Assembly: GCA_963753435.1 (NCBI GenBank)
Contig: CAVWCF010000002.1
Coordinates: 64,001-128,000, forward strand
Direction: 5' to 3'
Length of the DNA stretch: 64,000 bases
DNA from: an uncultured Actinomycetota bacterium
GTDB lineage: Bacteria; Actinomycetota; Actinomycetes; CAVWCF01
This document shows positions 39,888 through 49,475 of this stretch, piece by piece (position 1 is the first letter of the stretch; each line of letters begins with the position of its first letter). The notes beneath the pieces are model-generated. The model did no database searches. It saw nothing but the letters and a program-made list of their open reading frames with translations, and was not told the origin of the DNA. A program made the translations under genes and the position numbers.

Positions 39888-42800
39888 TCAGGTAGTAATG
39901 ATGCTTAGGTCAAAACTCGCATCTCTGGTGTTCCGGTAGTTGAGGTGGGTCTCGGCTGTGATCACGTTTGGTCCCGCCACGAAGGCGGAGACAGGGATTG
40001 TGAAGGTGACCCGGTCCGCCTCGGCCGTGCGGGTTCGAGGCGCCGCTGTGGCCCAGGTGGAGGCCGTGATCGGACCCGAAGGCAGGTTCGCACGGCCGAT
40101 CTCGATGCCGTTGAGGTAGACGATCACACCGTCATCCGCGATTGCAGTGACCATCGCGGACGCAAAGGCGGCCGGGTCTTCGATGTCGAACACATGACGG
40201 AACTGGGCTGCCAGCGGGCGGGGGCTGGGCGCGCCCTCGCTGATGTCAGTGGCGATGTCATTGGATCCGAAACCCAGAAGAGCTGAACCCGACGCCCAGT
40301 CGCCGTCGTCGTAGCCCACCGCAGTCCATCCCGGGTCCGGCTCGCTGTCGGCGTATCTCCAAGACCAAGTCGAAAGGTTGCTCACCAGGGGCGGCGGCGG
40401 CGGCTGAGGCTGCGTGGTCACCGTTGTCGATCCGGGTGTTGAGACGCGACCTAGTGCATCCACTCCGATCACTGAGTACGCGTACGTGGTGTTCGCCTCC
40501 AGATCGACGTCGGTGTACTCGTGATCCGGCGCCGGCACGGAAGCTATCAGCGACCCGTCTCGGCTGATCCGATACTCAACTGCGGTGGTGGTCGGCGGAT
40601 CTGTCCAGGTCAGATTAACCGTGTCGAAAGACAGAGACTCGCCTGCAACAGAGGGTGCGACCGGCGGCGGCGGGGTCCCAAGCACGCCCTCCAACCTCAG
40701 GTCGAAACTCGCATCTCTGGTGCTCCGGTAGTTGAGGTGGGTCTCGGCTGTGATCACGTTTGGTCCCGCCACGAAGGCGGAGACAGGGATTGTGAAGGTG
40801 ACCCGGTCCGCCTCGGCCGTGCGGGTTCGAGGCGCCGCTGTGGCCCAGGTGGAGGCCGTGATCGGACCCGAAGGCAGGTTCGCACGGCCGATCTCGATGC
40901 CGTTGAGGTAGACGATCACACCGTCATCCGCGATTGCAGTGACCATCGCGGACGCAAAGGCGGCCGGGTCTTCGATGTCGAACACATGACGGAACTGGGC
41001 TGCCAGCGGGCGGGGGCTGGGCGCGCCCTCGCTGATGTCAGTGGCGATGTCATTGGATCCGAAACCCAGAAGAGCTGAACCCGACGCCCAGTCGCCGTCG
41101 TCGTAGCCCACCGCAGTCCATCCCGGGTCCGGCTCGCTGTCGGCGTATCTCCAAGACCAAGTCGAAAGGTTGCTCACCAGGGGCGGCGGCGGCGGCTGAG
41201 GCTGCGTGGTCACCGTTGTCGATCCGGGTGTTGAGACGCGACCTAGTGCATCCACTCCGATCACTGAGTACGCGTACGTGGTGTTCGCCTCCAGATCGAC
41301 GTCGGTGTACTCGTGATCCGGCGCCGGCACGGAAGCTATCAGCGACCCGTCTCGGCTGATCCGATACTCAACTGCGGTGGTGGTCGGCGGATCTGTCCAG
41401 GTCAGATTAACCGTGTCGAAAGACAGAGACTCGCCTGCAACAGAGGGTGCGACCGGCGGCGGCGGGGTCCCAAGCACGCCCTCCAACCTCAGGTCGAAAC
41501 TCGCATCTCTGGTGCTCCGGTAGTTGAGGTGGGTCTCGGCGGCAACCACATTCGTTCCGGTGTTAAGCAGGCCGCCTGGCACGACGAACACGGCCGGAGA
41601 GTTGGCTGCAGTGAATGCCGTCGGAGCGGCAGTTGCGTAGGTGGACGACGAGATCGGGCCTGTCGGCAGGTTGCTTCGCCCGACCTCCGTGCCGTTTACG
41701 TAGACGACCACACCGTCGTCGGCTATCACTGTGACACCCCCTTCGGCTATGGCCGACGCGTCGTCGATATTGAACTCTTGACGGAACTGGGCCGCCAGCG
41801 GGCGGGGGCTGGGCGCGCCTACGCCGATGTCAGTCGACAGGTCTGGCGTCCCGAAGCCAAGGACCGCGCTACCTGTAGGCCATTCACTGTCGTCGAACTC
41901 CGGGTCACGCCAATCGGCCGGGGGTGCAGTGGCATCGAACCGCCAATTCCAGGCCGAGCCTTCTGAGATCAGTGTGGCGGTTTCGGGTGCCGCGGACACC
42001 ACCAGAACATGCGTGCTAGCCGAGCGGTTCCCGGCCCCGTCCACAGCTCTCACGAAGTACCGAGCAGATGTCGTCTGGGCCGGCAGGACCGCCTCGGTAG
42101 CAGACGTGACGGCGACGACCCGATCGTCCCTTAGGACTTCGTAGGACACAGAACCGCTGTTGTCTGTGCTCCCGCTCCAACTCAATCTGAGGTCGCTAGC
42201 GACAACCTCCTCGGTGAGACTGGTTGGAGTAGTGGGCGCGGTCGAGTCTCGCAGCGGGAACCGAGCGAAGCCGCCTGACCATTGGCGCGATGACTCTGCC
42301 TTCTCGGAGGTGTCCAGGTCGCCACCAACCCAGAGAGCGCCGCTGCTATCGATGAATGTGGCCCAAACCCCATATCCCCGGCGTGCGGTCAAGACTGGTC
42401 CGAAGTCGGGTAGGACGTCGCCGGTGGCGGCATCCCACGCGCCGACGAGTGTGATCTTGTCCGCGTGAGTCCAGGCGTTGCCGACATTGCTCCACGTGTA
42501 GGCGTCCTCATACACCCAGTCTCCACAGTGACAACCTGCGTAGACGGTGTCGTTGGACGCGTTGACGGTCTGGAAATCGCCGCCGACTTTGGTAATGCTT
42601 CCGGAGACAAGCGAGAAGTCGTCGCGCTGGTAACCGAACAGACTGTGCTCGGAGCCGGCAACGTAGACGCGACCAGCGACTTCCTTGATCCCTAGCTGCC
42701 AAACGTTTCCGGTGATTTCACCGTCTCCGTTGACGCCCGACTTGCTGAATGTGGGGCTCCAGACGGGTGTGACGACCTGAGCTGTGTCCTTGACAAGCGC

Positions 42801-44360
42801 AGTCATGCTGGGGGTTGACAGACTTCCCGAATGCTTGAAGTAGCCGGAGAAGTAGACACGATCGTTGGCTGCAGAGGCATCGACGCCAACGGTCACGCCG
42901 TTGATCAACGGTTGCCAAGAACGATCTACAGCCCCAGTGGCCCAGTCGACTTTCGCGCCATTCCACGACGATGCGGTGAGCCCATTGTCCCCAGTCAAGT
43001 GAGTGAATTCACCTGCGATATACAAATGTCCGGATTGAGTGTCGAAACCCCGGACTTGTACCGCGCCGCCGATTATGCGATTCTCGATGTCAATTTGCCA
43101 GCCCGCTACCTGCCCCGAGGCAGCGTCAAGCTGAACGAAGCCCAGGTGCGGGCTGCCGTTGACAGTTGTGAATTCCCCTCCAACAGCGAGGCGGTTTCCA
43201 GGCAAACTGACCAGCGCCTTTACCTGGCCGTCGAGGGCTGGTCGGAAGGTCTGGATCAACTCGCCGCTGTTCACATCGAATCCGGCCAGGTACGGCTGGT
43301 CGACCTGATCTGCCCCGGTTGAAGTCCGGTCGCGCTGCACGTATCGGAAGTTGCCGCCCACGAATACGGTGTCCCCAACCTGCGCGAAGGCCTGCACCTC
43401 TGAGTCCAATTCGCCCGAGTCCCCATTTGCAAGTCCGGTGACACCCCAAACCCTGGGCTCGGCATAACTTGATACCTGCGAGCGCTGTTCTTGCTTGGCG
43501 GTCCCGCTGTCGGGAATTGGCGCGAAATTCATCCCCGCCACGGTCACCTGCGGGCGGATCCACATCTGCGTAAATGGCCGGGCGCCCCCCCAACCGTCGT
43601 TGTACGACCAGAGGTATGCGTCAGAATCAGTGGAGCCGACGACGCCTGACCCGTACGCGAAGCCTGCTCGATAACCTTGGTTGCTTGGAGTGTCGACCAC
43701 GACTCGGTTGAATCCGCTTCCGCTTCCGAAACTCGCCGTGGTACCGCCGGAACCGTTGGTGCCATCAATAGTCCATGCGCCGACCCGGTTCTCCGCGCCG
43801 AATGTCCACGTCCAGCGGTCTGCCTTGGTTAGCTTGAAGCGGACCTCTTGGAAGTCTGTTCCTTGGGCGTCGGTGGCACGGCGTAGCCGAATCCCGTCGG
43901 CCAACTGGTCGGGTCTGGAGCCATTCAGCAGTCCATCGACGGTGCTGCTCGAGAGTTGCGCTGGAGGAAAAGCGTCTATGCCATCGACAGGCGTGTGAAC
44001 CTGATTGGGTCGAAGGCCCTGGTAGTAGCCCTTCCAGGACTCTCGACCGCGGCCGATGAGAACCCACCCGCCGCCATCTGTGGTCATGTCGCAATAGAAC
44101 AACTGCGGCGCTTGCAGCGTCGGCGTAATCAGCCAGTAGGTGCCATCGGTGGAATCCGGGTAGTTCTTCTTGACTTCCCAGCACGACCCGGCCGCGGTCG
44201 AGGCCGACACCCCATCGGGAGGTGTTGGCTCGGCGGCGGCGGCGGCGCTTGGAAACGCAAGCAAGCCCGCCACCATCGCCGTCGAGCCGGCTATCGCCAA
44301 CCATTGGCGGCCCAAGAGACCTGACGGCATGTCATCAGACAGCCAGCGCATACCCGCCAT
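39888..44360 (-). CDS. Large secreted protein: fibrinogen-like YCDxxxxGGGW domain, beta-propeller, (FN3-module)x3
   Basis: Signal-like hydrophobic stretch ending AAAAAE; SCWEVK..YCDMTTDGGGW; repeated VGGNF/VGGEF/IAGEF propeller blades; three C-terminal modules. Confidence 0.85.
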   Translation of the reverse strand: MAGMRWLSDDMPSGLLGRQWLAIAGSTAMVAGLLAFPSAAAAAEPTPPDGVSASTAAGSCWEVKKNYPDSTDGTYWLITPTLQAPQLFYCDMTTDGGGWVLIGRGRESWKGYYQGLRPNQVHTPVDGIDAFPPAQLSSSTVDGLLNGSRPDQLADGIRLRRATDAQGTDFQEVRFKLTKADRWTWTFGAENRVGAWTIDGTNGSGGTTASFGSGSGFNRVVVDTPSNQGYRAGFAYGSGVVGSTDSDAYLWSYNDGWGGARPFTQMWIRPQVTVAGMNFAPIPDSGTAKQEQRSQVSSYAEPRVWGVTGLANGDSGELDSEVQAFAQVGDTVFVGGNFRYVQRDRTSTGADQVDQPYLAGFDVNSGELIQTFRPALDGQVKALVSLPGNRLAVGGEFTTVNGSPHLGFVQLDAASGQVAGWQIDIENRIIGGAVQVRGFDTQSGHLYIAGEFTHLTGDNGLTASSWNGAKVDWATGAVDRSWQPLINGVTVGVDASAANDRVYFSGYFKHSGSLSTPSMTALVKDTAQVVTPVWSPTFSKSGVNGDGEITGNVWQLGIKEVAGRVYVAGSEHSLFGYQRDDFSLVSGSITKVGGDFQTVNASNDTVYAGCHCGDWVYEDAYTWSNVGNAWTHADKITLVGAWDAATGDVLPDFGPVLTARRGYGVWATFIDSSGALWVGGDLDTSEKAESSRQWSGGFARFPLRDSTAPTTPTSLTEEVVASDLRLSWSGSTDNSGSVSYEVLRDDRVVAVTSATEAVLPAQTTSARYFVRAVDGAGNRSASTHVLVVSAAPETATLISEGSAWNWRFDATAPPADWRDPEFDDSEWPTGSAVLGFGTPDLSTDIGVGAPSPRPLAAQFRQEFNIDDASAIAEGGVTVIADDGVVVYVNGTEVGRSNLPTGPISSSTYATAAPTAFTAANSPAVFVVPGGLLNTGTNVVAAETHLNYRSTRDASFDLRLEGVLGTPPPPVAPSVAGESLSFDTVNLTWTDPPTTTAVEYRISRDGSLIASVPAPDHEYTDVDLEANTTYAYSVIGVDALGRVSTPGSTTVTTQPQPPPPPLVSNLSTWSWRYADSEPDPGWTAVGYDDGDWASGSALLGFGSNDIATDISEGAPSPRPLAAQFRHVFDIEDPAAFASAMVTAIADDGVIVYLNGIEIGRANLPSGPITASTWATAAPRTRTAEADRVTFTIPVSAFVAGPNVITAETHLNYRSTRDASFDLRLEGVLGTPPPPVAPSVAGESLSFDTVNLTWTDPPTTTAVEYRISRDGSLIASVPAPDHEYTDVDLEANTTYAYSVIGVDALGRVSTPGSTTVTTQPQPPPPPLVSNLSTWSWRYADSEPDPGWTAVGYDDGDWASGSALLGFGSNDIATDISEGAPSPRPLAAQFRHVFDIEDPAAFASAMVTAIADDGVIVYLNGIEIGRANLPSGPITASTWATAAPRTRTAEADRVTFTIPVSAFVAGPNVITAETHLNYRNTRDASFDLSIITT
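39932..41540. repeat. 792-bp-period tandem duplication (FN3+module)
   Basis: 39932-40748 appears identical to 40724-41540; 264-aa unit repeated in the translation. Confidence 0.92.
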
Positions 44361-44374
44361 GGCGGTTGCCCCCT

Positions 44375-45044
44375 TTAGGTCCCGCAACGATCATCAGTCG
44401 GGACGATGTGTTCCGACACTCTCCAGCCCGCACCTCTCATCTCTACGACGTATTGATGAGACACGGGCCTATTAGGACGGTACAAGCGGGGACCCAGAGA
44501 CGCACCCGAATTATCAAGAACATCAATCTCGGTCGCATCCAGGCATGCCTCAAGCCGAACCGAGTCTGTCTCAGGAGTCTCTACCTCCACTTGCGTCACA
44601 TCAATCACACGGATCGAACCCACCTGCCGCAGACCCTCAGCGTTGAATTGGGCGAGGCGGGCTTCCACTTCGCCCAGTGCCGACCCGGTTGCCAGTCTTG
44701 CGAGGTCCGAAGGCGCTTCGCGTGCACGCCTCAGCAGAAGGTCCGATGTCCTCGAGGAATTCGCGCAGAGTCGACTCTGCGCTGACGTCTGCCACAGAAC
44801 CGGCGCCTGGGGACGCCGATGGTGAGACGGTTTGACTCGTCGGCGGATCGCTGGCTCGGTTTGCCATGGGTGGTGAAGCTGTCGACGGCCGCACTGAGGG
44901 TGTAGCTCCTGCATCCGGAGTCGCGGGTCCTGGACCCCCACCCGCTAGCCACGCGACTATTCCAGTCAGGGTGACAGCAGAGGCGACGATGAGTAGGACA
45001 GTTCGTAGAACTCCCCACGGCTTGCCGGTCGCTGGCTCATTCAT
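44375..45044 (-). CDS. Membrane-anchored hypothetical protein, +1 frameshift near 44750
   Basis: TM + Pro/Ser linker + LREFLE joins TSDLLLRR...EACLDATEIDVLD after removing one base; span 670 = 3n+1. Confidence 0.6.
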
Positions 45045-45230
45045 CTCTAGGTTCCTCCAGCCGCATTGAGGCAGTAGGAGCTGTGGCCCTCTCTGTGGTT
45101 CGATCTCTCAGGTGAGATTATGCGGCACTGCCAAACACGCGTGGCACCGCCGAAAAAGGGAAAGCCCATTACGAGTACGGCTGGGAGCATAAGCAGATCA
45201 GTCGTTAGGGTGACTGATGCCTGTCTGCGT

Positions 45231-47052
45231 TCAGGGGCTGATATCGCAGGAGGTGGCCCCAACGCCCGCTGCCCCGCAGATGACATCTGCGGTAGTCGTC
45301 GACACCACACCCGTGCCGCCCAACACCAACCCGGTGAGCGCATCCTCCGCTGCTCTGAGGTTGCCGATGTACGACAGGGACGTGGACGGCATCGCAGTCG
45401 CCGCGGATAGCAGCAACGGGTGACTTGCTCGGCCTAGTATTGCGGATCCGGCGAGCGCGTCCGGGAAGTTCAGGCCGGTCGCCACCCCGAAACCGGTGAC
45501 CCCACTTCCGGCGGGGAATTCGAACTTGGCCAGATTCAATGCCGTCTCGAACCGGTTCGCGCCAGTGATGCAGTAGATGTCGGAGTCATCGTCACAGCCG
45601 GCGAGGTTGTCGATTGCGGTGACCGCGGGGCCGCCGACGGCAATGATCTCGCTGTCATAAGAGGCGATGAAGGCGTCTTGCAGGTAGTCCATGACCGGAT
45701 CGGTCAGCACTGTGCCTTTGCTGAGCAGGACCACGCCCGGGCTGGTCGACCCGCGGTAGTTGTACGCGGAAGCCGCAGTCGCCGCCGCCAATCCATCGGG
45801 AAAGTCTGTCCCAGTCGCGACGAACAGATGCTTTGCAGACTCACCCAACTCGACCTGCACGCGGTCCCCGATCGCCAACGCCGTGGCGTACCGATCCGCA
45901 CCTGCCACCCGGACTGCATCGAAACCAGCCCCTGCCAGCGCCAATTCGACCGCGGCAGACAGGGCCCCCTTGCCCCCCAACAAGTAGACGGTGCCGCCAC
46001 CCGGCAGCACCCGCTGAATCTCGGCCAACGTGTCAGCACGCAACGCCGTCGGCGCAGTCAACAACATGGGACCATCAACCGTCGTCGCCAACGCACCCCC
46101 CGGCAGCGCATCGGCGAATCCATCTCCACGCGCCAAGACCACCGCGCCAGCATCTTCATCGGCGAATGTGAATTGCGACCCGGCGATCGCCGTTTCGTAG
46201 CGACTCGCACCCGCCAACCGGAACAAAGCAGAAGACTTCGCGGCGGTGATCGTCACCTGCCCGTCACCAGACTGCACACCGGCGGTGAGCGACACGCCTG
46301 TTGCGTCGGCGCGGGCGTGGCCAGAGCCGCCGCCACCGCCGCCGGCTTCAACGACCCCGCCGCCGCCGCCACCGCCGTACCAGCCGCCACCGCCGCCACC
46401 AGCACCATCGAGGTCACCGCTGCCCATGCCGCCCACGCCGAAAGCACCCGAAGCCCCACCTGAAGAGGGGGTTCCAGCCGCGCCGCCGGTGGTCTGCGTC
46501 CCCCCCACCGCCACTGGCGCCAGCACCACCGCCGTCGCCCAGCTCGCCATCCAGACCGCCGCCATCGCCGCCGGCCCCGACACCGGCAAAGTTGCCGCCG
46601 CCGCCACCACCACCACCGGCGACGACAACCCGGTCATCCAGGGTGGTGCCATTTAGACGCACGTCAGAAGCGCCACCACCGCCACCACCGTGGAAATCAG
46701 AGGAGGGGCCGGCATAGCCGCCGCCGTTGGTGCCGCCTGCGCCACCGCCACCGTCCTCGCCAGCTCCGCCGACGAACACGTACAACGCTTCACCGGGAGT
46801 CACCTCAATGGTGGCCGTCGCCGATCCCCCTAGTCCGCCGGTACCGCCTGGGGCTCCGTCGCCACCTTGCGCACCCAACGCTTCGATCGTCACCGACGTC
46901 ACGCCCTCCGGCACCACATACGAACCGTTAGTGGTGAACACCACAGGATCCGAGTCCGCGGCGACTGCAGGTGTACCACCCGTGGCCACGACAGAAATGC
47001 TCAACACGCCAGCCCCGGCGGCGGCACCCAAACGGTTCACAACAGTACGCAC
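45231..47052 (-). CDS. Secreted glycine-rich protein with three CWB2 cell-wall-binding repeats, +1 frameshift at 46500-46506
   Basis: Signal peptide; YVFVGGAG..GGGGASDVR..RVVVAGGGGG Gly-rich domain; RLAGASRYETA / RVAGADRYATA / ITGANRFETA with FADAL, FPDGL, FPDAL; C7 run, span 1822 = 3n+1. Confidence 0.82.
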
Positions 47053-47168
47053 GACAAGTTCCCCTCTGACAGCGGCCCGAGTCGAGCCTAGTCGCTTACA
47101 CGGCTGAGCTACGGGGCTCTTGCGCATGCTGCGCCGATAGATTGGGGAACACGCCTGCGCCCAAGCCG

Positions 47169-47630
47169 CTATTCCGATTGCACCTCTTCCAGGTGCTCGG
47201 CCACCTTGGCGCAGGCCCGACCGAGGGCGGTGAACTCTGCCGCTGAGAGTGGATCCAGCAGGTGGGTTCGCACGCCCTCCACGTGATCAGGCGCGGCTGC
47301 CACCAAGGCGTCCCAACCGTGGTCGGTAAGGACCGCCCACTGCCCACGCTTGTCGTCGGCACAAGGCTGTCGGCTGACCAGGTCGAGGCTCTCCATCCGG
47401 CTGATCTGGTGTGACAGCCGACTGCGCGAGGACAAAGCCTTCCGGGCGAGTTCGCTCATGCGCAGGCGACGATCCGGGGATTCCGACAGCCGAACGAGGA
47501 TCTCGTAGTCCGCAAGCGACAGGCCGTGCGCCTCCTGGAGTTCCCGCTGCAACTGCTCGGCCAGCAGGGCATTGGCGGTCAACCAGGCGCGCCAGTGCTG
47601 CTGCTCCGTTGCGGACAACCAGCGGGTCAT
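47169..47630 (-). CDS. MarR family transcriptional regulator
   Basis: WLS..EQ..WR, YEILVRLSE, LRMSELA, SRSRLSHQISRME, DKRG. Confidence 0.93.
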   Translation of the reverse strand: MTRWLSATEQQHWRAWLTANALLAEQLQRELQEAHGLSLADYEILVRLSESPDRRLRMSELARKALSSRSRLSHQISRMESLDLVSRQPCADDKRGQWAVLTDHGWDALVAAAPDHVEGVRTHLLDPLSAAEFTALGRACAKVAEHLEEVQSE

Positions 47631-47699
47631 GTGATCAGTCTAGGGGATTGTTGAACTCCGTACTACTTGTCTGCGGCTGCGGCCGATGCGCGGCTGGAG

Positions 47700-48548
47700 T
47701 CAGGGCAGGGTCAGCACGTCGGCGCCGGCGGCGGTGACCACGATCGTGTGCTCGAACTGCGCCGACCGCTTGCGGTCCTTGGTCACCACTGTCCAACCGT
47801 CGTCCCAGATGTCGTAGTCGATAGTCCCCAGTGTGAGCATCGGCTCGATCGTGAACGTCATACCTTCGCGTATCAGCTCGGTCGCGTTCGGGTCGTCGTA
47901 GTGGGGGATGATCAAGCCCGAATGGAACGCCTCGCCGATGCCGTGCCCGGTGAAGTCGCGAACGACGCCGTAGTCGAAGCGTTTGGCATAGGACTCGATC
48001 ACGCGGCCGATGACGTTGATGGGCCGCCCGGGTGCGACGGCCTTGATCGCCCGCAGCAGCGCTTCCTCGGTGCGTTCCACTAGCAACCTGGACTCTTCGT
48101 CCACATCGCCGACCAGATAGGTGGCGTCCGTGTCCCCATGCACGCCATCGATGTATGCAGTGATGTCGATGTTGACGATGTCACCATCGCGCAGTTCATA
48201 CGAGTCGGGGATGCCATGGCAGATCACTTCGTTGACGGAAGTGCACAGCGACTTAGGGAAGCCCCGGTAGCCCAAGGTCGAAGGGTAGGCGCCGTGGTCG
48301 AGGAGGAACTCGTGCCCAATTCGGTCCAGCTCGTCGGTAGTCACCCCGGGGGCGATGGCGGCGGCCGCCGCCCCCATTGCACGTGCCGCGATGCGGCCGG
48401 CCACGCGCATCCGCTCAATCGTTTCGGCGTCCTTGACGTCCGAACCACGAAACGGCGAGGGGCCGCGCTTGCCCACGTACTCGGGTCGCGCTATCTCGCC
48501 GGGCACCGATCTCAACGGGCCCACGACACCGGGGCGCAGTAGCGACAT
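47700..48548 (-). CDS. map: Type I methionine aminopeptidase
   Basis: [40 protein letters not shown]; ATG 7 nt after a TACACT -10. Confidence 0.96.
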   Translation of the reverse strand: MSLLRPGVVGPLRSVPGEIARPEYVGKRGPSPFRGSDVKDAETIERMRVAGRIAARAMGAAAAAIAPGVTTDELDRIGHEFLLDHGAYPSTLGYRGFPKSLCTSVNEVICHGIPDSYELRDGDIVNIDITAYIDGVHGDTDATYLVGDVDEESRLLVERTEEALLRAIKAVAPGRPINVIGRVIESYAKRFDYGVVRDFTGHGIGEAFHSGLIIPHYDDPNATELIREGMTFTIEPMLTLGTIDYDIWDDGWTVVTKDRKRSAQFEHTIVVTAAGADVLTLP

Positions 48549-48585
48549 GATGTGGAGTGTAAGTCGCGACCAAGATGGAGGACCG

Positions 48586-48792
48586 ATGTCCGGATCCTGG
48601 TGGTGGTGCACCACACACGAGGCCGTTGAGCCCAACGATGGTTGTCCCAACGCGGTGCGGCTGGGTCCGTACGAATCAGCGAAGGAAGCTGAGCATGCGG
48701 TGGAGCTGGCCCACGAGCGCACAGAAGCGTGGGATGCGGAGGATCGGGCCTGGGAGCGGGGTGGCCCGGCTACTGAGCCCGGCGACGACTGA
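48586..48792 (+). CDS. Small conserved actinobacterial protein divergent from map
   Basis: [15 protein letters not shown]...C...RLGPY...EAEHA...RTEAWDAED; GGAGG RBS. Confidence 0.75.
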   Translation: MSGSWWWCTTHEAVEPNDGCPNAVRLGPYESAKEAEHAVELAHERTEAWDAEDRAWERGGPATEPGDD

Positions 48793-48820
48793 CTTCGCCC
48801 GCACCTGGAGCACCCCAAAC

Positions 48821-48855
48821 TGAAGGGGGCCGCCCGCATCGGACGGCCCCCTTCA
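48821..48855. terminator. Hairpin between convergent genes
   Basis: TGAAGGGGGCCGCCCG-CAT-CGGACGGCCCCCTTCA. Confidence 0.75.
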
Positions 48856-48865
48856 ACGGTCCTAT

Positions 48866-49361
48866 CTAGCGACGACGAGTCGCCTTCTTTGCCGGCGCGC
48901 GCTTGGTTCGCCCTCTTTGCTGGCGCGCGCTTGGTGGTCTTCTTGGCGGCCTTCTTTGCTGGCGCGCGCTTGGTGGTCTTCTTGGCGGCCTTCTTTGCTG
49001 GCGCGCGCTTGGTGGTCTTCTTGGCGGCCTTCTTTGCTGGCGCGCGCTTGGTGGTCTTCTTGGCGGCCTTCTTTGCTGGCGCGCGCTTGGTGGTCTTCTT
49101 GGCGGCCTTCTTTGCTGGCGCGCGCTTGGTGGTCTTCTTGGCGGCCTTCTTTGCTGGCGCGCGCTTGGTGGTCTTCTTGGCGGTGCGCTTGGTCGCCTTC
49201 TTTGCCGGCGCCCGCTTGGTGGTCTTCTTGGCGGTGCGCTTGGTCGCCTTCTTTGCCGGCGCCCGCTTGGTGGTCTTCTTGGCCGCAGTGCGCTTCGCGG
49301 TCGTGCGCTTGCGCGTCGACTTCTTTGCAGCCGACTTCTTGGCCGTGGTCCTTGCCGCCAC
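48866..49361 (-). CDS. Histone H1-like Lys/Ala/Thr-rich protein, +1 frameshift near 48907
   Basis: GTG with GGAGGA RBS; [13 protein letters not shown] repeats; corrected end [16 protein letters not shown] before the terminator; span 496 = 3n+1. Confidence 0.8.
48913..49283. repeat. 39-bp tandem repeat (~7 copies) plus two 51-bp variant units
   Basis: ttctttgctggcgcgcgcttggtggtcttcttggcggcc repeated. Confidence 0.92.
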
Positions 49362-49475
49362 GTCATCCTCCAAAACTCGTGTGTCCGCAATCCACGGACC
49401 GGTCATGCCGAAGCGTGGCAAAGATGGAGCGATCTCGCACGTACAACGCAAGCAATAGTTGGGTGCGTGTCGAAT

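Noticed and set aside
47093-47118. GCTTACA (rnpB-like) and a minus-strand GCCCCGTAGCTCAG (tRNA 5'-like) at the island's right edge
   Set aside because: Matches are too short; no cloverleaf and no extended repeat, so an attR for the whole island is not supported
48913-49283. Repeat array as a possible CRISPR
   Set aside because: Contiguous in-frame tandem units with no unique spacers and no cas genes
47700-49451. 583-aa ORF suggesting a histone-like/methionine aminopeptidase fusion
   Set aside because: Created by the +1 frameshift near 48907; it reads through a terminator and an opposite-strand gene, and map has its own promoter and ATG
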